Of a stretch of 64,000 bases of DNA, positions 28,441 to 41,442 are shown in pieces. The position numbers and the translations under genes were made by a program. Under the pieces are notes generated by a model. It worked only from the letters and a program-made list of their open reading frames with translations. It was not told the DNA's origin and searched no databases. This stretch comes from Paramecium tetraurelia (Eukaryota): positions 248,001 to 312,000 of the forward strand of contig CT868652.1 in NCBI GenBank assembly GCA_000165425.1, in the 5' to 3' direction. How positions within the stretch are numbered: the first letter of the stretch is position 1; the number at the start of each line of letters is the position of its first letter.

Positions 28441-30771
28441 ATGATAAAACTATTTTGCAATCAAATCATTAAATCTCAGACTAAGGAATTTTTGGATAGA
28501 TAATTTGTGATAGTAAAAGAACTTGCAAGTGATTCTAATGGAGCTATCTATGAGGCAAAAGCATAATCATCTTCTTATTGTTCTAATGTTGCCATTAAAT
28601 TATCATACAACATCAAATAACAAGAAGAAAATTATATTGATTGGCTAATTTAATAATAAGCAAATAATACTTAATTGATAAGATTCTATGAGAAAATTGA
28701 ACAAAAATAATATAAACTTACGATTATGGAACTAGGTGGTTGTAACTTAAATGAATATTTAAAGTCAAATTAAAAGTCAAATTCTGACAAGTTTAAGATT
28801 TTTATCTAAGTATTTTAGCCATCTATAACAATAGACATTAAAAGCCATTAAATTTTTAAATGAGTAATGATTATATTTGCGAAGACATCAAAACTAAAAA
28901 ATTTGTACAAGTTTAAGATACTTTTAAATTAACTGGTTCTTGTTTTAAGAAAAGGTTATAATTAATGAACTCGAAATTTTTGAATAATTAAACTTCAAAA
29001 ATATAGGATATTGGGCCTTTGATTTATATGTTTTGTGAAATTTACAAAGGAGAATAATTTTTTGAAGGTTTTTATTAAATTTATATAAGTGTAAAATGCA
29101 TCAGGAATTAATGGCATAAAGTAAGATTGGTTGTTTAAGATACCCCAAATTTAACGCTAAGATATAACAGAGTTAATTAAATATTTATTGAGAAACCCAG
29201 ATGGATTAAATTATGATTAAGCAATTCAAAAGTTTACCAACCTAAATTCTTTTTTTTCAGAAGCAAATTAATCATAAAACAAGAGTTTTCAACAAATTTA
29301 ATAGCCCCCGGCTAGAAATAATCTCAATTCTTCCATCACTTCGATTATAAATGTTCCAACTGAATAATTTCCTAGACGTCAATTTATTTTAACTCAATAA
29401 TTAGGAGCAGGAGGAGAAGGAGTTGTTTATAAAGCAACACCAATAAATGAATCTTTTTATAATGCCGATGTTGCCGTAAAAATTTAAAATTCAATTAAAA
29501 ATGATGAACTCAATTTTATTAAAAGTTTGATTGATTATTAATGTAACTTAGAACCAAAGTCTTTGAAAAAAAGTAATCTGATCAGACTTTATGAATTATA
29601 TAAGTGGAATAATAATCAATTAATAGTTATGGAACTTGGAGGAAAAAATTTGTTTAACTTTTTAACAGAGAAAAAATATTAATCAGAAATGGAGAAGTTA
29701 TAAATATGTTAATAAGTAAGATTCATATTGAAATAAATTAGATTACTTAGGCTATTGCTTTTCTTCATGAAAAACAGATATTTCATAGAGATATTAAGCC
29801 AGAAAACTTTATTCAATGTGGTAATATATTCAAATTAATTGATTTTGGTTTAATCAAAAATAAAAACCAAAATGTGAAATTAACAAAAATGGTTGGAACT
29901 CCTCTATACCAGGCTCCAGAAATACTCTAAGGATCTGATGAATATTCATATTCTGTTGATATATGGTCGTTAGGATGTCTATTTTTTGAGATTTTCAAAT
30001 ATGAACCATTATTTAATTGTATTAATCTAAATTAAATCTAAAGGTACCAATATAGAACAAGTTAAAAATGCAGTTGTACTACATTGCAATAACCAGTAAA
30101 CCCTCAATAATTAAATAGATTAATTATAAATCAAATAGGAATTAAAAAACCTAATTAAATAAATGGTTCATCCATTACCAAATAGTAGACCAACTATTCA
30201 AAATGTTTTAACATAACTCTAACCATCTATACCTTAAGCATAATCAATTATACCCATAGCATAATCAGCTTTCGCCTTTAAACCATCATTATCCTTAGTA
30301 TAATAGTTCTAGCCATAAAAAATAAAAGGATAAGAAGATGTTAAACTACAGAGCGCAATAAATGATTATTTGATGTCTTAAATTAGTAAGTCAAACTATT
30401 CTATTTAAATTTTATAACCAAAAGATTTAGAATAAATATTCAAAAATATTTCTGATAAATGTATTACATTTTTAAATGAGGAGATAAAGAATTAGTTTCC
30501 AACATAATAATAGTTAAGTTGGCTGGGAAAACAAGCAGATAATTTTTGTAACAAGCCAACCACTAAAGTAAATATGCTATCTCCTAAAAATTATCAGAAA
30601 AATATAGTAGATGAAATTGACCCTAATTTTGATTCTGAAATTCACATAAATGAGGTTAAAAGCTAACGTTATAGCTAACACAATAATAAATAAAACTAAA
30701 TAAATTATAATGGATTTGGGCAATCCGTGATAAATCCTTAGACTAAACATGGATCAATTACAAATAATTGA
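28441..30771 (+). CDS. Tandem pseudokinase + Ser/Thr kinase protein
   Basis: Domain 2 is intact: LGAGGEGVVY, VAVK, HRDIKPEN, DFG, GTPLYQAPE, DIWSLG. Domain 1 is degenerate: LASDSNGAIY, VAIK, CEDIKTKK, LTGS. First in-frame TGA at 30769-30771. Confidence 0.8.
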
Positions 30772-31674
30772 TAATTTAATTAAAATTTTATAAATTTCAA
30801 TAAATAAAAGCTTTTAATAATTTTATACCTCCAATGATTTGGAATATAATATTTAGAATCAACATTAATTAATAATTTAAATTAGGTTTTATTTTATCTA
30901 AATTATGACAGAATATGCCCTTAAGTTATTAATCTAATTTTTAATCATAGTTAATTAGATAGATCTAAACCTGGCTGGACAACATTCAGTTCTTTATTTT
31001 ATTTTTTAGCAGTATCATTATAGATATCAATGCATAAAACGTAGTATTTTTTTAATTCATAATTTAATGTTGATAAATTTTCATGTAATGTATCAAGCAA
31101 AACTAGAGCTTGATCAATTTGTCTGAAAAGCATTTAACTATGGATAAATAATAGCATTTTTTTAATTTTCAGCAGTTTTAACATTAGCAATTCTTTATAA
31201 CTCAAAGGTTATTAGTTTAAATAAATAACTTTGCTTATAATCATTATAGTCAGCAATCAGCTGTGATTGTATTATAATAAATAATTCTTTAAGTGCACCT
31301 TAGATTCAACTCCAATTTCTAAGGAACTTCGGCCAATTTCACATTTATTTCATCAGTTATATAAATAATGATAATAAAAATTAAGCAATTTCAGTATTAT
31401 GTTCAGTAAGGATACCTCTGATTGTCAAATGAAGTTCACTATAATTTAAAATAAAGCTTCGTCATCTTAATTCTTTGATTTTTGCAAAAACAATAATTAT
31501 AAATTTGCTGTTATGGTGAAATAAATTGTGTTTAGATTGCTGCTTTTAACATTTTTACTATTTTAATAAAATTCAGGATATGAATTTTTTAGTTATTATA
31601 ATTTTACAATAGGAGTACTTATCAAATAAAATATATATATATATATCCATCAACATCAGAGAGCACGAATTTTT

Positions 31675-32649
31675 TCAATCATTAAAGATTAGTTGTACTA
31701 ATTAACAAAAACTATAGTTTATAAATGCTGATTCTTTTCTTTTTAACTTTCTCTCGGCTGTTTCAATTCTGTAAACTATAATTATTACTACTCTATATTA
31801 CATGCCCAATCATTTGAATGCCATTGCCATTCAGATACTAGCCAAATCCTAAAATTTATCCTTTTGTAAATGTTCCCGTGTAATATGAGCCATCATTCCA
31901 TAAAAAGGTTCCTTCCCCATGAAAGAAATTGTTTTTGAATTAACCTTCATATCTAAACAATATATATTTTCATACTTGCAGCCATCATTTAAAATTAGGA
32001 TTCCTCTGCCCTCTTTTTTACCATTTTAAAATTAACCAAAATATTTTGTTCCATCACTTTTGATTTCTTAACCTTCCCCCTATATTGTATTATCAATCCA
32101 AAGTCCTATAAAATACTTCATTATTTTACCTTTAACTATTTTCTTTTACGATTTAAATATTCCATACCCATTAGTTTTCCCCTATGTAAATTAACATTCA
32201 AAACTAATTTGAAATAGAAATATCTCATACCTGTCTCCATTTGCATAATTCATTCTACAATATCCCTCTAATTAATCATTTTCCCATTATCTAAATATAT
32301 TGAATATTCCATACCCTTCTAATAAATTTCCTGCTTTCGGCCATATTTAAATTCCTTCTCCCTATTTTTATAAATTCTCCATTATTCCATAATAAATGCT
32401 ATCATCATTTTGTTTAATCAGTTGATAATTTGTTTTAGGAATTAAACTGTCCAACTTGTATTTTAAATGTTGCGGTAACTCTCGAATTACTTCCAAGAGT
32501 CTTGAGTCCAAAGCAGGGCTGCCTTGCCTAGAATTGTCATCATCAGCTAAAATTATTTAATATTTTTGAGTACTTTCGATTAATTAAAGTTGACTTATCT
32601 TTGAAAGGATTTCTTCTTACACTTGCTCATTACTTTAAATATTAAACAT
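31675..32649 (-). CDS. MORN repeat protein
   Basis: Repeated YxGxxxxxxxxGxG units (IYYGIMENLQKQGEGIQIW, YFGQFQNGKKEGRG, YYGEHLQKDKFQGFG-like); several short introns. Confidence 0.85.
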
Positions 32650-33234
32650 TTTAGTTTATGAGAAAAGTTCCAAGATTAATAATAATTATTAATTAAAAGA
32701 TTAGGAAAAGAAATATCACTTATTAATTAATAAAATTAATGGCATATTTTGGAAATTTTACTTTTCATTCTTACTAGAAGATCAATGCTAAGTTCTGAGA
32801 GGCTTACTTCCAAACGATATCTCTTTTTATGTCTTTTTACGTTCACTATTTTATGATAGTGTTGATTTAGAATCAAAAAAGATTCCCATTTTTAAAACTA
32901 ATACAGCCTATTTTTAAATTACAATGACTCAAAGCTTAAGATCATTGAATATTCATGTAAATCAACTTACAACTAACTTTAGAATTACAGAAATAATCAC
33001 ATTAGTTTTTGGAAGGATAAAACTAATCGGTATAATCGTAAATAAGGACTCCTTAAAAGTTTAATTAAGGATAAAATTCTAAATTGTCAATAGATGTAAA
33101 TTTTAGGTTATTTGAAATCTGATTGCTAATTAGAGTAATTTAAAAACTTGTATTCAAAATTATTAGAGGTAAACAAATAATGAATTAAGCAATATATTTT
33201 TCAAACTTTAATTAATTTGATTATTAAATTATTC

Positions 33235-33943
33235 ATGATTGTAAATCCGTATGATGTTGATATTCCAGAAGCCTGGAAAAATGAAATAATTTATTAGAAA
33301 TATATTGCCTATCAAGCTTTAAGATAAACAACACTAACCCTCAATAACATTCAAAATTAAAAATTAAACGAAAATGATTTTATATACAGAGATATATTAT
33401 TCAAGGGATAATTGCCATCTGAAGAGTGTGACACATATTTTGATTATATGAAACAACATTATAAATCAAGGAAACAATTGAATAGCAGTGACTTTTTAAA
33501 ATAAAGAAGGGAAGAATGCTAAAATAAAAAATTTAATTTTTGGTAAAAATGCAGCAAATTGCCCATTAATACCAAATAAAAATTAGAGACAAGAAATATC
33601 GTTAGAGATATTAAATATCAACATTTATTTGTTCCATAAATTTTATTTCTTTCTGGTTCTATTCTAATAGCTTATTTACTAAAAATGTATAGAAATCCTA
33701 TTAAATTTTAATTAATTACAATTGGATTCGGATCCTCATTAGGTTACTTCCATGGAGTTTACAATTGTATAATTTAAGATATATATAGATAGCAACCAAA
33801 TATTTAATGACATTCCATATTTGCCAGACCCAGAATTAGAGCTAGAACATTAACATATAATGAACTATTGCTTTTCTTTAGACCAAGAGTAAATATTGAT
33901 ATAATATTCTTAGCCTGATTGCAAGATACGTATTTAGTCATGA
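33235..33943 (+). CDS. Hypothetical small membrane protein
   Basis: Code-6 frame with one 22-nt intron and two hydrophobic segments (ILFLSGSILIAYLL, LITIGFGSSLGYFHG). Confidence 0.6.
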
Positions 33944-34213
33944 AAACCTACATAAGTGAATTAAATTAATTGAAATTTTATTTAAAATAATGTACACTCT
34001 TATTCTGCTATGCGAAAGCGTTCATCATATATTCTGATATTATATTCTTGAATAAATGTTAAAAATAATTTCTTCAAACATTAGATGATTGAATAATAAA
34101 TTAATTAATCTAAAATTCTATTTAGAAATTCAGATTAAGTTTTTTGGAGTAACTTGAGTTGGAGTAAGGAATTAAATAAATTTATTTATATTATTATTAT
34201 TAATGTGAACAGA

Positions 34214-35344
34214 TCACTTTCTTCCAAGGGAAGTTTATGAGGCCAATGATCTGACTTAATCTTTGAAGAGTTGAATGACAACATCGATAATAGCGTTTTC
34301 CTCTAGAAATGAAATAGAATGATACCTTATCTTCTAACAGTTTCGGAAGCATAGAATTCTCTCTTTTCTTCCAAATCAGCAGTAGCTCCGGCAACTGCAT
34401 TCAAAGAATCTTTCCATAATTTGAGTGCTTTGGCTTATTAAGCAAGGACGGCTGGGAGTTACTTGAGAAATAGATGTTAATTGATACTGTTTCTAATTTT
34501 TCAACAAGATTTGTTCTTCTTTCGTGTTCAGAATTTAACCAGGCGACTTCAGCATTGGTGTCTGATACGTATTTAGCAAGTGCGAAAGCAGCATGGATTT
34601 CTTGTTCTTAGAGAGTTGCAAGGGTGGATTCTAATTCAGCTTGTAAGTCTTGTAAGATAGCAAGAACTTATTCTCCAGTGGTTCCATCTCTTTTCACTTC
34701 AGCGAGGGATTGGAATTTTTAGATGGCATCTTATTAGAAAAGGTGACTATATGCAGACAATTTATCGGCAATGGTTTAAGCTTTTTCGACAAGTTCGACT
34801 CCAGCATTATTAGTGAGAAAACCAGCAACATCTTATTCCAAAAGTTACACAACACCAATAGCATCAGCGTGATCAGCAAGAGACTTAACAAAAAGTCCAT
34901 TTGCCCAACATCTTTAATCTTGAAGTTAAGCATTTCTTCTTTCGATTTCAGCAAGTCTTGATTCAGCCCATGCTAACCATGAATATCCATCCTAAGATTA
35001 TTTAAAGAGTATATACTCTGACTTAGGCTTCAACATCTGTTCTGACAGCACCTAGAGCTTCCCATTATTACTTGTTGAGTGAAGCAACATTTGTTAAGTC
35101 ACCAATAACTTAAGAGAAGATTTCTATAAAAATATATATTTGAAAGGATACCTTCGTCTGTGTTATTCTTTTTATCGGCAGCAGCTTGGACATTAACATT
35201 CTCTGTTTTAAGATCTCGCAAAAGGTTGTATACTGATTCGACAGCATCATTTCCTCTTGTTCCTGTCTAAAGAAGGACAGCAAATTTGTTTGTATCTAAG
35301 GCAAATACGGCAGCCACTAAGCAAATTATGGTAAGAGCTCTCAT
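34214..35344 (-). CDS. Trichocyst matrix protein precursor (TMP/GRL family)
   Basis: Signal peptide MRALTIICLVAAVFA; LLQTG..AVESVYNLLRDL; acidic A/E/Q/L helical repeats; codon usage typical of highly expressed genes. Confidence 0.75.
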
Positions 35345-35383
35345 AATTTTAATTTTTATTATTGTAAAAAACGGGCACATTAT

Positions 35384-35848
35384 TCATGCTTTTAATAATT
35401 AATCATTTTATATTCTTAAATCGTCAACTTATTTACAAATTTCTTAATATTCTTAAAAGAAGTCCTGTTTTTTAGTCCATTAATTCATTTATTCTAATTA
35501 GGATTTCAACTCATTGTTTGCAGATTGTTTAATTTCTATCTATCTTTTTAATTACGATAGTTCATCCAATACACAAAGATTGGCTCTTGGTTTATTTGAT
35601 TTTTGCTCAAATTTGTTCCTCAACTATTCCAAGATCTCTTTTTTTGATTTCACAACTAATTTAGTACTTTCAACTCTCTCCAATAATTCACAATATTTTT
35701 CGTAATTCTATTTTATAAATTACCTCAAATCAAAAATATTATTTTAGAACAATTATTAACTATTACAATAAGCAAATCTTTCTAGTGTTTCTTTTTTTTG
35801 TTTGATAGCATTTCCACTCTTCGCTGATTAGGGTTGCTATTTGAGCAT
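35384..35848 (-). CDS. Small coiled-coil hypothetical protein
   Basis: K/E/Q-rich code-6 frame (LLERVESTKLVVKSKKEILEQLR) ending in TGA at 35384-35386; 5' splicing uncertain. Confidence 0.55.
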
Positions 35849-35871
35849 AATCGTTAAATATTAATTTATAT

Positions 35872-37588
35872 ATGAAATAAAATAATTACAAACCTTCCCA
35901 AGTCGATCTTTCTAGTATTGCTGAATAATCAAATACTCAGTCAGATGTAGAATTGGAGTAGATTGACATGGCTAAAATGAATTGTTACGAGTATTATACA
36001 GCTATGGATCCTCAAGCCACCTAAGTTTTCTAAGTAGAAGGGGAACTCCATATTAAAGAGCTGTTTCATCGCTTAATAAAGAAAGTCATAGATAAAGCAT
36101 AAGAAAATGAAATCCTCAGAAAGTTGCCTACTGTCTCTGCCTCTAATTCATTAAATCTTTTGGTAATGCCTTTAGCACAGGCCTTCTATAAACCTGAAAA
36201 CCCTATAAAAGACGTTCAAAGTGGTGGGTTAGAAGAGGACTTCGAACCTGTACATAATTTATTTAATTTAAGTTACACATCTAACATGAATAATGGCTGA
36301 CATCTAAAATTAATATGGAGATTAAACCTGAAATTAGGCCTGGTACTTGTTAAACATCAAGTCCAAGGACATTTGCAAAATCTAGAATTTAAGTAATTGA
36401 ATTAAGTAATGTTAGGATTAAACATCACTAATCAAAGAAAAGAAATAGTTGGATCCTATGCCTATAGACTTAGTTGATCCATTAGACATTAGTATAACAG
36501 AAGAGTAATTGAGAAATGAAAAAGAAAGACAAACAAAAGAGAAATTAGAATTGAATGAAGCAGAAAAAAGAAGAAAGCTTAAAGAAGAGAAAGAAGAATA
36601 ATTAAAATATGAATTGATGGCAAAAGATAAGAAATCAAAATAATATACGTATGATTATGATGGCAAGCTGATATCTGTAAATCCAGCTAAAGGAACTAAA
36701 TTGCCACTTCCTGCTTCTACTTTGGCGTACAATTCAATAATTTTTAAGATCCAAATTTGAAGAAGATCAAGCCGCGAAAGTAAATCCAAAAAAGAAATAC
36801 AATAAGGTTCCTTGGAATAATAAAAAAACAGATGATGAGAAGGATAAGGAAAAGGATACATTCAAATTTAATTAGATAGCTCCTTTAGTTGTAGAGAATA
36901 TGAATTTATAACCAGGAATTGTAGTTATTCATGAGGGTAGAATAAAAGAAGGCACTAGACCAACTACTGTGGATTTATAAAATATGAGCAATCCTGCACT
37001 AAGAATGGCAAGGAATGAATATCTTAGTCTTACTCAATAAATGAATTCCTCAATTAACCAAAATGTCTAAATGAAAGCAGAAGATAAGCCAATCAAAGAG
37101 CTGGATAAAGGCAAGGGATTCAATTATGATAGATTCAAGAGATTGAGTCAGTAAACTAATATTTAATTGGGAGTTATAAAGTAATCTTATATTGATACGC
37201 AATAGAATCAACTCAACTAAAATATTTGAACAATTGGCATAAGCCTATTTTGAAGAAGCTGAAGAATTACCGAAAATTGTTAATTAACAAACGCAAACAT
37301 CTAAAAGTTATTAAGAAAACACTTCAAAGGGGATAAAAAGTCCAGTTGATTAATTTAATTTATCCTTATATAAAAATAATGTTGTGGGTAGAGATCAACA
37401 AAATGAAATTGGAATAAATTATGAAAAGTTAAAAACACAAAAGGCTAATTCAAGGTATTTTTTATAATATTTTAAGAGATTTGAAATCCTCTATTGGTTC
37501 AAGAACCAATAGACCTAGAGAAAGAAAAATGTAATCAGAATAAAGCACTCTACCTACGGTAAGGAGTCAAAAAGTCTTTAAATTATGA
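35872..37588 (+). CDS. Hypothetical protein
   Basis: Long code-6 frame with short introns (YTYDYDGKLI, QPGIVVIHEG) ending in TGA at 37586-37588. Confidence 0.7.
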
Positions 37589-37659
37589 TCACTTTTGTTG
37601 TATATAATTTATTCACAATTTGTTTAATTATTTATTTATATATTATTATTATTATTATT

Positions 37660-39359
37660 ATGGAATTATTAAGGGACCCATCCAAAGATCGTGTTGTTAA
37701 AACTCTGAAGCCACCTCCTCATCGTCCTCTCTCCAATTAGCTCATGTTTCCAGACAAATTGAAAAGTACAAAGTTTCAATATTCAGATAAACCTGACTGG
37801 AGAATATTATAGGATCATCTATCTAAAGAAGGAAGAATTGCAAAAGAAGATCTCATCAAATTAGTTACAGAATGCAATAAAATATTAAGTATTATTTGTT
37901 TAACACAACAGAAAATGAGGGAAATCTCATATACTTGCATGATCCTTTAACAGTTGTAGGCGACATTCATGGCCAATATTATGATTTGGTTAAAATGTTT
38001 GATGTTGGAGGCAATATTGAAACAACTAAATATTTATTTTTGGGCGATTTTGTTGACAGAGGCTCATTTTCAATAGAAGTGGTCGTTCTGGCATATGCAA
38101 TTAAGATCAACTTTCCAAATACTGGTTTTTTTTCCTAAGAGGAAACCATGAATGTAGACAGCTTACAAGCTTCTTCAATTTTAAGGACGAATGTATACAA
38201 AAAAAAACCCTCTCATCAAGGCCTCTATAAGTATGACCAAGAAACCTACGATTTACTGATGGACTCCTTCGATCTCTTTCCCCTCGCCTGTGTAGTGAAT
38301 AACAAGTTTCTAGCTATCCATGGAGGTATCTCTCCAGATTTAAAAACGGTAACGAGGTTCTGTATTTCCGATTTTAGCTTGAGGATATAAAAAAAATTGA
38401 TAGATACCATGAACCACCTAGAAGCGGACTATTTTGTGATATCTTATGGAGTGACCCAGTTGACAATGATTAAGGATCATTAGATAATGGATGGAGAGGA
38501 AATGAAGTTAGAGGATGCTCTTGGTTTTTTGGAGTTGAAGCTGTGCATAGATTTCTACAAAGGAATAATCTCATTTCTGTAATCAGAGCTCATGAAGCAT
38601 AATTGGAAGGGTATAAAATGCACAGATGGAAAGGGAGCTAAGATTTTCCAGTGGTCATTACCATCTTTTCAGCTCCCAATTATTGCGATGTCTATAAAAA
38701 TAAAGGAGCTGTTATCAAATTTGAAAATAACACACTAAATATCTAACAATTCAAAGATACTCCTCATCCATACTTATTACCAAACTTTATGGATGTCTTT
38801 TCTTGGTCGATACCATTTGTTACAGAAAAAGGTAAATTAATATTCCTTCAATTTTAGTTACTGAAATGTTATATATGCTATTAAAACACGAGGATTAAGA
38901 CCAAGAGAGCGAGAATGATAAAATTAACTAATAAGATATAGAAAAATTTAAACAGATTACTCAATCCGAATAATCAAAAACATATGAGAAAAATAAATCA
39001 CTTCAAAAATAACTCTCCAGAAGTGGAAAAGAAAAGCTTAGATCTAGACTGAAATTTGTAGCTACTATGATGAAAATGCAAAAAACTCTAAGGTCTTCAA
39101 ATATATTTGTATTTTCAGAGAAGAAAACGAAAGCATCGTTTAACTAAAAGGAGCCTGTCCAGATAAAAGATTGCCGAAAGGATTGCTACTGCAAGGCAAA
39201 GAAGCAATTACTGATGGTATACTTTTTTATCATTAAGCTTTATAAGAATTTAATTACATGAAATTAGCAGATAGCATTAATGAAAAAATGCCAAACATTT
39301 AAATTCCTTAGCAATCGATTTAAATAAAAAAGCCAGGATAATCCTCAAAAAAAAAATGA
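37660..39359 (+). CDS. CNA: Calcineurin A (PP2B catalytic subunit); frameshift at ~38124-38133 in this sequence
   Basis: [90 protein letters not shown] (CnB-binding region) and an autoinhibitory-like DSINEKMP. Confidence 0.95.
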
Positions 39360-39844
39360 ATATTTATTTGGTTTAGAATTAAAAATAAAATGATTTTTAC
39401 TTATTCAAAATATTTCCAAGTCTTTTCATTGTGAAATAATATCATTGTTAAAACAAATAAATAATCAGAATAATCAAATATGATGTGAAGATAAGACGAT
39501 CATGCTCAAAGAAATCCGTATTATATAGTTGACCATAGTTCCAAGAAGATGAAAGAATAAAAGAAGGTGTTAAATTAAACTGGTAAATTAATTATTAAAA
39601 TTTAATAATGAATTAATATTGATCCTATTAATTACGCAAAGTTCATGACAGAGTTTGAATCATTTATATTTTTATTTCTAAAAAAGTGGAATGAATATTT
39701 AATCCTTCATTTCAGATCATAATCATATATTTAATAAATTCTGATTTGATTATGATATCTCGCATATAATAATATTAAAAAATTAATGATTGATATGAGA
39801 GCCGATAAACTTCTATTTTAATATATTTTCATAAATTTGAAAAT

Positions 39845-40189
39845 ATGTTGAATCCTTTGAGATATATGAATGAACACTAATGGATAGCTAGATTTAATAA
39901 ATAAAATGTTAGTAACTTTAATTTATTTTTAACTCCCAATTCTAATTTTTATGAATTAAATAATAATTATGAGATGTAATTCTATTAATTTCAATAAGAA
40001 ACAAATTTCTTGAGAAAATACGAATAAAAAATAGCATTTAAATAATAAATAATTAGCAAGAAGAATTTGAAGCTTTCTAAAAGAGAAATTGAAATATTTC
40101 TAATGATCTTTGGTAAAATTTTGCATCTCTCTATCTCTGAAAAATCTTAAATATAATAACTTAATAAGGAGAGAACAGGATAAAATTGA
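39845..40189 (+). CDS. Short hypothetical protein
   Basis: ~114-codon ATG..TGA frame in code 6; no recognisable motif. Confidence 0.35.
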
Positions 40190-40234
40190 AGCATATTTTT
40201 AAAATTTTTGAATGGATTTTATTTAAATTGTTCA

Positions 40235-41288
40235 TCAAGGCTTTTTTTAATTTCTTGAAAATGTTCCTTTAGGTTTTCTTTTCTGTTCAACTGTCTCCCA
40301 ACCATCGCTGTCTTCATCCTCATTATTTTATTATTATTATTATTGTTATTATTGTTATTATTATTATTATTATTATTGCTATTACAACTACTATCGCTAT
40401 TACTATTACTATTGTTATTATTCTTATTATGAGACTACTGGTGGATTGCCCTTAAATAAGAAGAATTAGATACCTTAGCTTTAGAGTTGGTGAAAGTGGG
40501 AATCGATTCTTCGACTTTCACTTGCTTCACTTATTCAATGGGGGCTTATTGGGATGCTGCATTTGTATTTCTCGATAAATTGACTTATCTTTGAGGTGGG
40601 TTAGATTTTTATGTTTCTTAAATTTGTGGTTGTGCCTAGGGTGCTGGCTCTTATTGTGTTTTTTTAATTTATTCTTATTGTTGCTATTAGAAATAGGCTG
40701 AGTTTTCTGACTTTTTTGTATTTGTGAATGTCAGAGATCCAGAATTAGAGTTTGATTGTGTATTTTTAGTTTAAACATTATTTGTTGTTTAGGTTTATGG
40801 TTTAGAACTAGAATTAGTGAATAGCCCTGCATTGTTAACGACAGGCTAGATTGGTTAGTCTTATTTTGGTTGTTGGTTCATTTTTTTTTACTTTTTAGTT
40901 GGTTTTGACATATCATCCACAGAAGCAATATCAGGAAACTCTTCATTACGTATTTCAACGGCAGTCTCATCCTGCTTTTTATATTAGGCAGTTGGCTTCT
41001 TACCAATACCATTAGTAGGAAGGTCTTTAGGATCATCTGATTGTTACCAACCATCATTTGTATTTTGTTAGATAGTGGGTTATCTAGAAATGAAATTGAT
41101 AAGATACTTTTTTTCTGGTTTTTTGGCTACCTCAACTAGATTGGTTTCATCTTATTCGTCATCATGATCATTGGAAGTCTTTGGGTCATCCTTCTTAACA
41201 ATTTTGGTATTCTAAGAATGAAGTTACAGTTTACCTCAGGCTTGGGTGCTTAATTTTTGGTTTGTTAGGATGTCTTGAGTTTCAGCAT
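40235..41288 (-). CDS. Q/N/P-rich disordered protein with polyQ tract
   Basis: Frame with three 23-24 nt introns; motifs EEFPDI and DEDSDGWETVEQKRK; long TAA/TAG/CAA run. Confidence 0.75.
40327..40430 (-). repeat. Imperfect trinucleotide repeat (TAA/CAA/TAG) encoding polyglutamine
   Basis: (tta/ttg/cta)n on the + strand, in frame as Gln in gene 40235-41288. Confidence 0.85.
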
Positions 41289-41442
41289 TGATTGGTGGAT
41301 ATGAGTGGAGTGAAAAATTTAAAAGGTATTTTTAAAAAATATTTAGTGAAGAATAAGAGAAGAGTTTTATTTAAATAAAGAAGGAAATACTCACATTTAA
41401 TGAGTTATTTCGATCCGTTTTTAATTCAATATTAAAATATAG

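Noticed and set aside
32700..33200. Possible short gene upstream of 33235
   Set aside because: Frames are interrupted by TGA and I could not build a coherent spliced model
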